This document shows, in pieces, positions 9,513 through 17,830 of a DNA stretch of 26,424 nt. This DNA comes from a virus. Its lineage: Duplodnaviria > Caudoviricetes. Below the pieces are notes generated by a model. That model saw only the letters and a program-made list of their open reading frames with translations. It was not told the DNA's origin and searched no databases. The position numbers and the translations under genes are program-made. The stretch lies in the IMG/VR virus record IMGVR_UViG_3300008954_000237, positions 1-26,424 of that record. One strand, given 5' to 3'. Within the stretch, counting starts at the first letter, position 1. Every line of letters starts with the position of its first letter.

Positions 9513-10175
9513 ATGAATATTGTAGAGAAGTATGACTATCCATCTTTAAAAAGAGATGATAGCGGAAAAAGTAGATTATATAAAACACCTGATGGTGATT
9601 TTCCTTCTGTTACAACAATCCTAGATAAAACAAAAGACAAAACTTTTCTTTTTGAATGGCGCAAAAGAGTAGGCGAAGAAGAAGCCAACCGCATATCAAA
9701 AGAAGCCGCAGGATTGGGTACTGTATTTCATAAGCACTTAGAAAATTATATAGACAACGAAGAACGTCCAAATGGTTCTAATTTTGTTTATAAATTAGCA
9801 AAGGACATGTCTGATATAATTATAGAAAAAGGATTGTCTAATGTAGATGAAGTATGGGGTTCAGAAATAGGATTATATTATCCGGGATTATATGCAGGAA
9901 CAACAGACTTAGTAGGCACACATAAAGGTGATCCTGCAATTATAGATTATAAAAGTACAAAAAATCCTAAAAAAGAAGAGTGGGTAGAAGATTATTATTT
10001 ACAATGTTGTGCATATGCAATGGCACACAATGAATTGTTTGAAACCACAATTAACAAAGCAGTAATATTAATGTGTTCACGTAATTTGCAGTATCAAGAA
10101 TTTATTATTGAAGGAAAGAAATTTGAAGATCATTGTCAAAAGTGGACTGCAAGATTAGACGAGTTTTATAAATAA
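9513..10175 (+). CDS. PD-(D/E)XK (RecB/Cas4-like) exonuclease
   Basis: PSVTTIL, GTVFHKHLE, AGTTDLV, IIDYKS, LQCCAYA. Confidence 0.88.
   Translation: MNIVEKYDYPSLKRDDSGKSRLYKTPDGDFPSVTTILDKTKDKTFLFEWRKRVGEEEANRISKEAAGLGTVFHKHLENYIDNEERPNGSNFVYKLAKDMSDIIIEKGLSNVDEVWGSEIGLYYPGLYAGTTDLVGTHKGDPAIIDYKSTKNPKKEEWVEDYYLQCCAYAMAHNELFETTINKAVILMCSRNLQYQEFIIEGKKFEDHCQKWTARLDEFYK
10167..10174 (+). promoter_or_regulatory. TATAAATA late-type promoter
   Basis: Exact T4 late consensus upstream of the reductase gene. Confidence 0.55.
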
Positions 10176-10210
10176 AAAACATGCCGCAATACGAAATCAA
10201 GGAGAAAAAT

Positions 10211-12544
10211 ATGCAACAAATCTTTTACCCTAATGTCAGGTCATTCCATCCTGGCATGGGGCAAGCTGTAGCCGAACGAACTGTATTAAGAAAGAAACCA
10301 AACGGTGAATGGGAAACATGGCACGATGTCGCTAGTAGAGTGGCAATGGGTAATAGTTTGTTATGCCCTAAAGAAGAAGATAAAGATAGAGAATTTAGAT
10401 TATTAAAAAAACATATAGCAAAAGCAAGTCTATTGATGAGCGGTAGGCATTTACAACATGGTGATGAAAAACAGCCAGAAAGAAATATGGAAGTGTTTAC
10501 AAATTGTGCTACATCTAGCACAAGTTTTTTATTGTTTTATTTACTATTAAACGGGTCAGGTGTAGGAAGATGTTATGACGATGATATGATGTTAGTTAAT
10601 TGGAACAATGCCCCTCAATTGCGGTGTGTATTAGAAGAAAGTCATCCAGACTTTGATTATTCTGCTCATACGTCTGTGCGAGACGGAAAACACAAATACG
10701 GCCAAGGAGAAAATACACTTTGGTATGATATTCCGGATAGTAGAGAAGGCTGGGCAAAAGCATTAGAAATATGGGAAAATTCTGCTTTTGAGAAAATACA
10801 TAAAGATAAAATGCTTGTACTAGATTTTAGTAAAGTAAGAGCAAAAGGCACACCTATTGGTGGTATGCAAAATAGACCAGCAAGTGGACCTGTTTCTTTA
10901 ATGAATGCATTTGAGAAATGTGCAACTATTAAAGACGCCGGGATGGAACCATGGCGCCAAGCAATGTATATTGATCATTACATGGCTGAATGTGTATTAG
11001 TAGGCGGTGCAAGACGAGCAGCTAGAATGAGTACTAAATCATGGAAAGATAAAACGGTACTTGATTTTATTACAGTTAAACGACCTATAGAATACGCAGG
11101 ATTAAGCATGGATGATATTGTACAGTATAATAAAGATTCTGCGTATCCTCCTATGGGATTTTTATGGTCTAGTAATAACTCAGTAACTACTGATAAAGAA
11201 TTTTGGGACAAACTTAATGTAAAACGAGGCGATGAAAAATATAATGATGACTTGACAAAACATGCTAGAGCGGTATTTAAACTACTCACAGAGGCCGCTT
11301 ATGCTGATGGTACAGGAGAACCTGGTATATTAAATAGCGATATGTTAGTCCAAAATGATGAAGGATGGGACGATTTAAATCGCGGAGATTATGTAGGTAG
11401 TGCAAAATATCAACTACGTGATGACACACAAATATTAATGAGCAGGCTTGCTAAAAAAGCAAAACGTAAAAAATATCATACTATTACAAACCCATGTGGA
11501 GAAATTGCATTAAATGTATTAGGTGGGTTTTGTGTTATTGCAGACGTAGTACCTTATCATGCAGATACATTAGATGAAGCAGAGGAAGCCTTCCGTGTTG
11601 CTACAAGGTCGTTATTACGTGTAAACCTTATGTCTAGCGTGTATGATAAAGAAGTGAAACGTACAAATAGAATTGGTGTAGGTTTAACAGGTGTTCAAGA
11701 GTTTGCTTGGAAGTTTTTTAAATTAGGTTTTAGAGATTTAATTGATGAAGAAAAGTCTCAAGAATTTTGGCAAGCAATGGCTCGTTTTAATAGAGCAGTT
11801 AAAGAAGAAGCAAAAGAATATTCTGCTTACTTAGGTCAAAGTGTACCACACACAATGACAACAATTAAACCTGCCGGAACTACAAGTAAATTATTCGGAC
11901 TTACTGAAGGTTGGCATTTGCCTGCATTAGCATGGTATATGCGATGGGTACAATTTAGAAACGATGATCCGTTGGTTGAGCAATATAAAAACAATAGATA
12001 TCCTACTAGAGAATTAGTGCAGTATAGTGGAACAACTATTGTTGGCTTTCCTACTGAGCCCGTTATTGCAGGATTAGGATTAGAAGATAAGTTAGTTACT
12101 GCTGGTGAAGCAACACCGCAAGAACAATATCAATGGTTAAAACTTGGAGAAAAATATTGGATTCAAGGAGTTGATGAAGACGGAACTCTTGCCGAAGATT
12201 TAGGTAATCAAATTAGTTATACCCTTAAATATGTTCCTGAAGTAGTCGAATATAAACATTTCAAAGACATGATTAAGAAACATCAGTCTAAAGTAAGAGC
12301 ATGTTCAGTTATGCCTCAAGCAGATATTTCTGCATACGAATATCAACCAGAAGAAGCAGTTTCTAAGGCAAAGTATGAAGAAATTAGTAGAGCAATAGCA
12401 TACGCAATGTCTGAAGATATAGGACGTGAGCATGTAGATTGCGGAACACCTGGCGGATGTCCTATAGATTTTGACGAAGAACAAAAGCAATGGGAATTAG
12501 AAGCTGAAGAAGAAACTCAACCTCTTCTTAAAGAAGTTGCATGA
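10211..12544 (+). CDS. nrdJ: Class II adenosylcobalamin-dependent ribonucleotide reductase
   Basis: FTNCA, TNPCGEI, RIGVGLTG, TIKPAGTTS and C-terminal Cys pair DCGTPGGCP; no beta-subunit gene nearby. SD AAGGAG favours start 10211 over 10181. Confidence 0.85.
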   Translation: MQQIFYPNVRSFHPGMGQAVAERTVLRKKPNGEWETWHDVASRVAMGNSLLCPKEEDKDREFRLLKKHIAKASLLMSGRHLQHGDEKQPERNMEVFTNCATSSTSFLLFYLLLNGSGVGRCYDDDMMLVNWNNAPQLRCVLEESHPDFDYSAHTSVRDGKHKYGQGENTLWYDIPDSREGWAKALEIWENSAFEKIHKDKMLVLDFSKVRAKGTPIGGMQNRPASGPVSLMNAFEKCATIKDAGMEPWRQAMYIDHYMAECVLVGGARRAARMSTKSWKDKTVLDFITVKRPIEYAGLSMDDIVQYNKDSAYPPMGFLWSSNNSVTTDKEFWDKLNVKRGDEKYNDDLTKHARAVFKLLTEAAYADGTGEPGILNSDMLVQNDEGWDDLNRGDYVGSAKYQLRDDTQILMSRLAKKAKRKKYHTITNPCGEIALNVLGGFCVIADVVPYHADTLDEAEEAFRVATRSLLRVNLMSSVYDKEVKRTNRIGVGLTGVQEFAWKFFKLGFRDLIDEEKSQEFWQAMARFNRAVKEEAKEYSAYLGQSVPHTMTTIKPAGTTSKLFGLTEGWHLPALAWYMRWVQFRNDDPLVEQYKNNRYPTRELVQYSGTTIVGFPTEPVIAGLGLEDKLVTAGEATPQEQYQWLKLGEKYWIQGVDEDGTLAEDLGNQISYTLKYVPEVVEYKHFKDMIKKHQSKVRACSVMPQADISAYEYQPEEAVSKAKYEEISRAIAYAMSEDIGREHVDCGTPGGCPIDFDEEQKQWELEAEEETQPLLKEVA

Positions 12545-12825
12545 ATGTAATTTATACGTTAAACAATTGCTTTCATTGCGATCAAGCAAAAGAATTAATG
12601 GAGCAACGAGGCATTGAATTTGAAGAAAAAATTATAGGTAAAGATATAGAACCTAAAGTTTTTAAAGAAAAATTTAATGTTGAGAAAGCTCCGTTAATTT
12701 TTATCGAAGGCAAACAAATAGGCGGGTTTGGAGATTTATGGAATGGTATCTATAAAACACAAACAATCGCAGTTAAAAAAACTGCCCTCGAATTAATGAA
12801 CGAGAATATAAAGAAATCAAAATAA
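12541..12825 (+). CDS. Glutaredoxin
   Basis: IYTLNNCFHC, APLIFIEGKQIGGF; overlaps the reductase stop. Confidence 0.9.
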   Translation: MNVIYTLNNCFHCDQAKELMEQRGIEFEEKIIGKDIEPKVFKEKFNVEKAPLIFIEGKQIGGFGDLWNGIYKTQTIAVKKTALELMNENIKKSK

Positions 12826-12827
12826 AT

Positions 12828-13121
12828 ATGTTAGTAGAAACAAAAAAGAAAGGTGATGTTGTTACAGTTAAATTAACAACATCAGAAGAATTAATTTGTT
12901 CGTTTGAAGACGAAGATGATACTCATTATATGGTTGATAGACCGTTTATGATCGGATTAACACAACAAGGTGTTGCATTAATGCCTTGGTTACAAGCAGT
13001 AGATGTTCAATCAAGCAGAACTGTAAAAATTAGTAAAAAACATATTGTAGCTATTGCAGAACCAGTAGAAGCCATTGCAAAACAATATAGTTCGCAAATG
13101 AGTGGAATAACTTTAGCATAA
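12828..13121 (+). CDS. Sm-like fold phage protein
   Basis: VVTVKLTTSEELIC...LMPW...VKISKKHIV pattern seen in small proteins of T4-like phages. Confidence 0.55.
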   Translation: MLVETKKKGDVVTVKLTTSEELICSFEDEDDTHYMVDRPFMIGLTQQGVALMPWLQAVDVQSSRTVKISKKHIVAIAEPVEAIAKQYSSQMSGITLA

Positions 13122-13131
13122 GGAAATATAA

Positions 13132-13722
13132 ATGCCTGCGGCAATGAATCAAATAACAATACCTAAACCAAAACCAGGTAGTGTTAAAGGTCAAACAATG
13201 GATCATAGTAAAATTCATTGGATTAATAATCCTAATGTTAGATGTAATGATAAGTTTATATCATTACATAATTTAAAACCTAGTAATTCATATCAATTTG
13301 CAGTAAAAACAAAAAATCATCCTAAAAATACGCAAAGTGTTATGACACCTAAAAATGTTAGAATAAATGATAAAAGTGCAGGAAATGAAAATGATTTTCC
13401 GATGTGGTTAAATTTACGACAGAAATATGGTACTGCTTCGTCAACACCCCCAAGTAATACTGGTGCCCCATTAGGTGCTGGTAATACGCCCAATGGTGTG
13501 CCTGCACAGTATCAATATTATTTGCCTTCTATTATATCAAGTTTAGGAGATTATGAATGGGATAGATTAGATAAAACAAAACTAGATTTAGTTAGCACTG
13601 GTAATAATTATTTTCAACCACCTTCTAATCCTAATCCTGTTCAAAGTTATTATGGTATATACGATAGTGCAGTAAAGAAAAAGATAGAAGCAATGAAATC
13701 ACCTAATATGAATATAGGATAA
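13132..13722 (+). CDS. Diverged PAAR-like (spike tip) protein with insertion
   Basis: Starts MPAA; internal NVRCNDK and NVRINDK repeats; ends SPNMNIG (compare PAAR GSPNVFIG). Confidence 0.45.
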   Translation: MPAAMNQITIPKPKPGSVKGQTMDHSKIHWINNPNVRCNDKFISLHNLKPSNSYQFAVKTKNHPKNTQSVMTPKNVRINDKSAGNENDFPMWLNLRQKYGTASSTPPSNTGAPLGAGNTPNGVPAQYQYYLPSIISSLGDYEWDRLDKTKLDLVSTGNNYFQPPSNPNPVQSYYGIYDSAVKKKIEAMKSPNMNIG

Positions 13723-13727
13723 TATGA

Positions 13728-16346
13728 ATGAGCTATTCTGATTTTAAAAATGGTTTAACAACTTTTCACGAATACATAGCACCTGAAAATCAAAACATTC
13801 CGATTGCTACGCCGTTTGACGGTTCGGTAGTTAGAGTAGAATTAGGTGTAAATCCTAAACAAATGTTATGTGATTTACTTGCTGGTAAATTCCCCCCAAA
13901 ACTTCCACAAATTCAATTATGTTTAGATATGAATTTAGGAGCGTTAGAATCTGTAGCTTCTGCAAATGCCGCCTTAGTAGGTGCTATTCAGGGTTGTAGA
14001 GCAGCATTACAAGGGTTCAATGAACATACAGGCCTTCCATCGACATTAGCAAGGGTAAATGCAGTTATCGGCGAAGCTGCTGCCGTTGCTAGTATGATAG
14101 CATTTTGTTCCGATCCAATTAATCCTAAACCTATTCCTAATTTATTAGAAACTATTATGGGATCTTTTTTAGGTGCAGGCGAAGCAATTATGAATAAGTT
14201 AGGAAAAGTTATGGGAGGCGGCCAAACTGTTTGCATGGATTTTTCTACTAATCCTCCATCTATAAATCATAACATTTATATACCAGGCGGGTTGTTAGAC
14301 GATATTTGGAAAGCAATAGAATCAGGAATGAGTTGGGGACCGTTAGTAGACGATTGGATAAATCAATTTAATGCAATAAGAGATGAATTTTATTCATTAA
14401 TAGAAAAAGAAAATGCTATTGCAGAAGCGGCAATAGAAGCTGGCGGAGTAGGAGGATCTAACGAAATACCTACACTTGCAGATGCTAATCCGGTTGTTCA
14501 AACATCAACACCAGTTAAAGAAGGCGAAGCAACACCAATAGTAACAAGTGTTAAAAATCCATACGGAGGATGTTTTATTGGCGGCATTGTATATCCTGAC
14601 AACCATGATCCTAGATTCCAAAGCAAGTCGGATTGTGAAAATACAAATGTAGGAGGTACTTGGATTAAAAGTGGTGATACAAATCCTCAGTTTTTGGCAG
14701 GTGGTTATACCGGTAATGTATATACATTAGATGTTGCATTAAAATTTACAGAAAAAATGAATCCTAATACTATTGTTGTTAGAAAGAAAACGGATCATTC
14801 AGGTACTGTAGGAAATAATTTAGGAACAGGTTTTTGGGGTTCTGTTAGGTTACTATCACCTAACGGAAAAGAATGTTTATGGGCAGGACAAATGCAACGA
14901 CAAGATAGTCAATACACTACATTTCAAGGAACAGTTTATATACCTAAAGATGAAATTACTGCAAACTCTACATATACATTACAGGTTGGAAGTAATGCAA
15001 GAGGTGTAAATACAAATCCATCAAAAATATTGCCAACATCTGAAGCAGGTAAAGTAAAATTAACAACGTATGAAGCAAAATTTCAAATTAATGCTCCTGT
15101 TGCTCCTACTGCCGCAACTGATCCGATTGGTACTGCTAGAGATGAGAATGACTTAGATAGCGAAGATAGAGATACTCCTAAAATAATAGATAAGACAAGT
15201 AATAATAACTTATTAACACAAGGTATGAATGATGTTGTTACTTTATTTTCATTATGGAAACAATTAAGTGGTTATCCTCTTCAAAAAACAGATGGCACTA
15301 GTTTGGAAACAATTTTTCATGCAATATTTAGTGACGAAACTGTTAGCACACTAAACAATGGCGAAAATTATACAGCACCTGTTTTTACTACAACACCTGA
15401 ATATGATTATTGTGGTAATGTAATAGGATATAAAACCGAATTTGTTCAAGGATCAATTGAGACATCGGACACTACAAAAGCAACGCAATTAGATTCTCTT
15501 GTAAGTATACCGCCGACAGTTAAATCGGTAACACCGGCAGTAAGTGCAACAGGTGTTTTTACGGACGTAACCATAAAAATTATATTCTCGCAAGATATGG
15601 ATTCAGTATCTTTTACCACTCGAGATATCAAGACAACATGGAAACCAACAAAAATATATGATGCATTTACTGGAGGTAGTTGGCCTACAGGTGCTACAGC
15701 CACAAATACAGTAGAATACGAAGGTGCTGAGTATAGTTCAAATGCTAATAATAATACAAATAATTTGCCTACTGATACTACATATTGGACTAAAAGACAA
15801 GATGCTCATCCCACTAGTGGTAATTCTATAGATCATAATTTAGGACCGACTGGCCCTGGAACAGGTACAGTTCGATTATATAATAATACCACAAGTAAAT
15901 ATTTACTTGATATATCTATCGCGTATAATGCAAATAACAGAACATTAAATATTGCACCTAAAACAGCTTTATTAGCAAGTAATCAATATACAGTAGTTAT
16001 TATTGGAACATCAGGATCAGTAACCGCAAAATGCGATCCTGTAGAGAACAATTCCGGCGTGCCTTTAGAAAGTAATTTTTCATCTTCATTTACAATCAAT
16101 GCAGGAGGCAATACCGAAGCATCGGCTGTATTTTCTCAATCAGCAGGCGGAGCTATTAAATTTCCTAATTACACATACTCTGGTTTAGGTTCGTTGGCTA
16201 ACGGGTTAACCGCAACCGATTCAGGTGCTACTGCCTTTTGTCTAGATTGTACAAACGGATCAGGGGTTCCTAAGGAAGAAATTGTTTACTGGACAGGAAC
16301 ACAATGGAAACATGTTTCTGATGGTCAAGTAATTTCTAACCAATAA
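13728..16346 (+). CDS. Large virion structural protein with bacterial Ig-like (Big_5/SbsA-type) and CBM5/12-like domains
   Basis: PPTVKSVTPAVSATGV...IKIIFSQDMD and LNIAPKTALLASNQYTVVI (Ig-like); WKPTKIY...VEYEGAEYSS...P...YW (carbohydrate-binding-like); C-terminal YWTGTQW. Confidence 0.7.
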   Translation: MSYSDFKNGLTTFHEYIAPENQNIPIATPFDGSVVRVELGVNPKQMLCDLLAGKFPPKLPQIQLCLDMNLGALESVASANAALVGAIQGCRAALQGFNEHTGLPSTLARVNAVIGEAAAVASMIAFCSDPINPKPIPNLLETIMGSFLGAGEAIMNKLGKVMGGGQTVCMDFSTNPPSINHNIYIPGGLLDDIWKAIESGMSWGPLVDDWINQFNAIRDEFYSLIEKENAIAEAAIEAGGVGGSNEIPTLADANPVVQTSTPVKEGEATPIVTSVKNPYGGCFIGGIVYPDNHDPRFQSKSDCENTNVGGTWIKSGDTNPQFLAGGYTGNVYTLDVALKFTEKMNPNTIVVRKKTDHSGTVGNNLGTGFWGSVRLLSPNGKECLWAGQMQRQDSQYTTFQGTVYIPKDEITANSTYTLQVGSNARGVNTNPSKILPTSEAGKVKLTTYEAKFQINAPVAPTAATDPIGTARDENDLDSEDRDTPKIIDKTSNNNLLTQGMNDVVTLFSLWKQLSGYPLQKTDGTSLETIFHAIFSDETVSTLNNGENYTAPVFTTTPEYDYCGNVIGYKTEFVQGSIETSDTTKATQLDSLVSIPPTVKSVTPAVSATGVFTDVTIKIIFSQDMDSVSFTTRDIKTTWKPTKIYDAFTGGSWPTGATATNTVEYEGAEYSSNANNNTNNLPTDTTYWTKRQDAHPTSGNSIDHNLGPTGPGTGTVRLYNNTTSKYLLDISIAYNANNRTLNIAPKTALLASNQYTVVIIGTSGSVTAKCDPVENNSGVPLESNFSSSFTINAGGNTEASAVFSQSAGGAIKFPNYTYSGLGSLANGLTATDSGATAFCLDCTNGSGVPKEEIVYWTGTQWKHVSDGQVISNQ

Positions 16347-16347
16347 G

Positions 16348-16381
16348 TTGACACACCATTTTAAATATGTTATAATAAATA
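16348..16381 (+). promoter_or_regulatory. Consensus sigma70 promoter fused to a TAAATA late motif, driving the tmRNA
   Basis: TTGACA (16348-16353), 17 bp, TGn-TATAAT (16371-16376); TAAATA 16376-16381. Confidence 0.85.
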
Positions 16382-16462
16382 TTAATGTTGTTAAGGACTC
16401 TTTGTTGAAAACGACTGGACGAGGGTGCGAATCCCTCCACCTCCACCAAAGGAACATACTTT

Positions 16463-16549
16463 ATGGACGGTCGAGATATTATCTTAACAATTATCTTAAT
16501 GGGCGGAGCAGGCACGCTGGTATTAATTTTAGATGCTATGTTTCGTTGA
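16463..16549 (+). CDS. Putative 28-aa single-pass membrane peptide inside the tmRNA intervening segment
   Basis: MDGRDIILTIILMGGAGTLVLILDAMFR*; SD-like AAAGGA directly after CCA; stop ends 1 nt before tmRNA G1. Confidence 0.55.
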   Translation: MDGRDIILTIILMGGAGTLVLILDAMFR

Positions 16550-16610
16550 TGGGGGTGTAATAGAATTCGACACCGTGGGATATAAAGACGAGACGACAAA
16601 AACCATAATC

Positions 16611-16658
16611 GCAAACAATAACGATTATACATCAGCAGGACTTGCCTTAGCGGCATAA
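16611..16658 (+). other. tmRNA tag reading frame (A)ANNNDYTSAGLALAA*
   Basis: Resume codon GCA after ATAATC; ends LAA-TAA with the stop in a hairpin loop (TAGCG/TGCTA). Confidence 0.92.
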
Positions 16659-16823
16659 TTGCTACGGGCTTTTCGGGTTGGGCCTGGGAACAGAATCAAC
16701 CCATTATTATAGTATTACTTAACCACCAAAAACCTTTAAAATATGCCAAAAATAACTAAAAATGCCAAAAAACCAGGTAAATATACTAGTGATTCTTTAG
16801 AATCACCGAAAAAGGAGAATATC

Positions 16824-17051
16824 ATGGATATTATCAAAAATATATCAGCATGGATCAGAGGGCTCACAGAGATAGGACTTTCTGTATTAATGTTAGGCGT
16901 TGTATTCCAAATCATTTTTGGTGCAAACGTAGTATTCCTTCCAATCGACATCCTAGGTAATGTAATCAGTTTCGTGAAAGCATTAGGAGGCGAAGGACTT
17001 GTAGGCTTAATTGCTCTGTGGATTCTATGGGGAATCTACGACAAAAAGTAA
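16824..17051 (+). CDS. Small membrane protein, 75 aa, about two TM segments
   Basis: SD AAGGAG before the ATG at 16824 and TAAATA 16778-16783; hydrophobic; the 16743 start is disfavoured. Confidence 0.8.
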   Translation: MDIIKNISAWIRGLTEIGLSVLMLGVVFQIIFGANVVFLPIDILGNVISFVKALGGEGLVGLIALWILWGIYDKK

Positions 17052-17068
17052 CGAGGAATTCTGAACTC

Positions 17069-17110
17069 ATCCCTGTCTTATTTCACGATGATCCTAGGCA
17101 GGGATTTTTT
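17069..17110 (+). terminator. Intrinsic terminator
   Basis: ATCCCTGTCT / AGGCAGGGAT stem, long loop, T run. Confidence 0.7.
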
Positions 17111-17175
17111 CTATGCTCACACTCGCGGAAATTATTATGAGAAAACCAATTTAAAAATTAAGAGGAAATATTTGT

Positions 17176-17805
17176 ATGAAAAAACTTATACTTATAGTCT
17201 TCTCTTGTATCTTTTTTGTAGGGATGATACATGGAAGTAAAAATGACAATGCAGGCGTTATCGGAGTCATGCCTGTTCACGAATCACATTACAGGAACTC
17301 TAAAAAATCTATTTCTAAACACACTGAACCTAAGTTTAGAAATACATTCATGTTCTTTACACCTGAGGAAATTCAATGCCTTGCTATGAACGTATATCAT
17401 GAAGCAAGAAACGAAAGTTTAGCAGGCAAAGTAGCAGTTATTTTAGTTACAGTGAATAGAGTAGCAGATAAAAGATTTCCTAAAAGTATTTGTGAAGTAG
17501 TTCATGAAGGAAAACATTATTATCATAAAAGATTAAATAGAAAATTTCCAATAAAAAACCGGTGTCAATTTAGTTGGTATTGTGACGGTAAAAAAGATAC
17601 CCCTGCCAACACTAGAGCCTATGCATATTCAGTTGCATTAGCAAAATACTTTTTACAAAGGTCAATGTCATTTATAGACTTTACCGAAGGTGCTACACAT
17701 TATCATGCAGATTATGTTAAGCCGTGGTGGTCAAAACATAAGAGATTTACTAAAACGGTTAGGATAGATTCTCACTTGTTTTATCGTTGGTCTCATAAGC
17801 AATAA
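17176..17805 (+). CDS. SleB/CwlJ-like cell wall hydrolase (Hydrolase_2) with N-terminal signal or anchor
   Basis: CLAMNVYHEARNES, CQFSWYCDG, GATHYHADYVKPWWS, HLFY; hydrophobic N-terminus. Confidence 0.9.
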   Translation: MKKLILIVFSCIFFVGMIHGSKNDNAGVIGVMPVHESHYRNSKKSISKHTEPKFRNTFMFFTPEEIQCLAMNVYHEARNESLAGKVAVILVTVNRVADKRFPKSICEVVHEGKHYYHKRLNRKFPIKNRCQFSWYCDGKKDTPANTRAYAYSVALAKYFLQRSMSFIDFTEGATHYHADYVKPWWSKHKRFTKTVRIDSHLFYRWSHKQ

Positions 17806-17830
17806 CTATGGATTTTACATAAATATTTGT

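Larger units (their letters stand above)
16383..16702 (+). ncRNA. ssrA: Circularly permuted (two-piece) tmRNA gene; acceptor piece ~16383-16448, coding piece 16551-~16702
   Basis: T-arm GAGGG-TGCGAAT-CCCTC then CACCTCC-A-CCA (ends 16448) precedes the 5' strand GGGGGTG (16551-16557), giving a 7-bp acceptor stem with G3:U70. Inter-piece helices 16399-16405/16582-16588 and 16386-16392/16592-16598. Tag frame present. 3' pseudoknot CGGGCT/GGCCTG plus GGGTTG/CAACCC. Outer ends are approximate. Confidence 0.95.

Noticed and set aside
9513-10175. CRISPR-Cas locus suggested by the Cas4-like nuclease
   Set aside because: No repeat-spacer array or other cas genes seen; stand-alone nucleases of this type are common in phages.
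12520-13121. C-terminal ClpX degrons on phage proteins (NrdJ ...KEVA, Sm-like ...ITLA)
   Set aside because: Only a terminal Ala, not the AA/LAA motif; too weak to support.
16417-16448. Stand-alone tRNA or integrase attachment-site remnant
   Set aside because: No D or anticodon arm upstream; it pairs exactly with GGGGGTG at 16551 and is explained as the tmRNA acceptor piece.
16260-16656. ORF-track entries 16260..16457(-), 16336..16656(-) and 16348..16560(+)
   Set aside because: They overlie the tmRNA and its promoter, lack SDs and look non-protein-like; 16348 starts inside the -35 box.
17137-17154. Mini-ORF MRKPI* upstream of the wall hydrolase
   Set aside because: Five codons with a weak SD; expected by chance.
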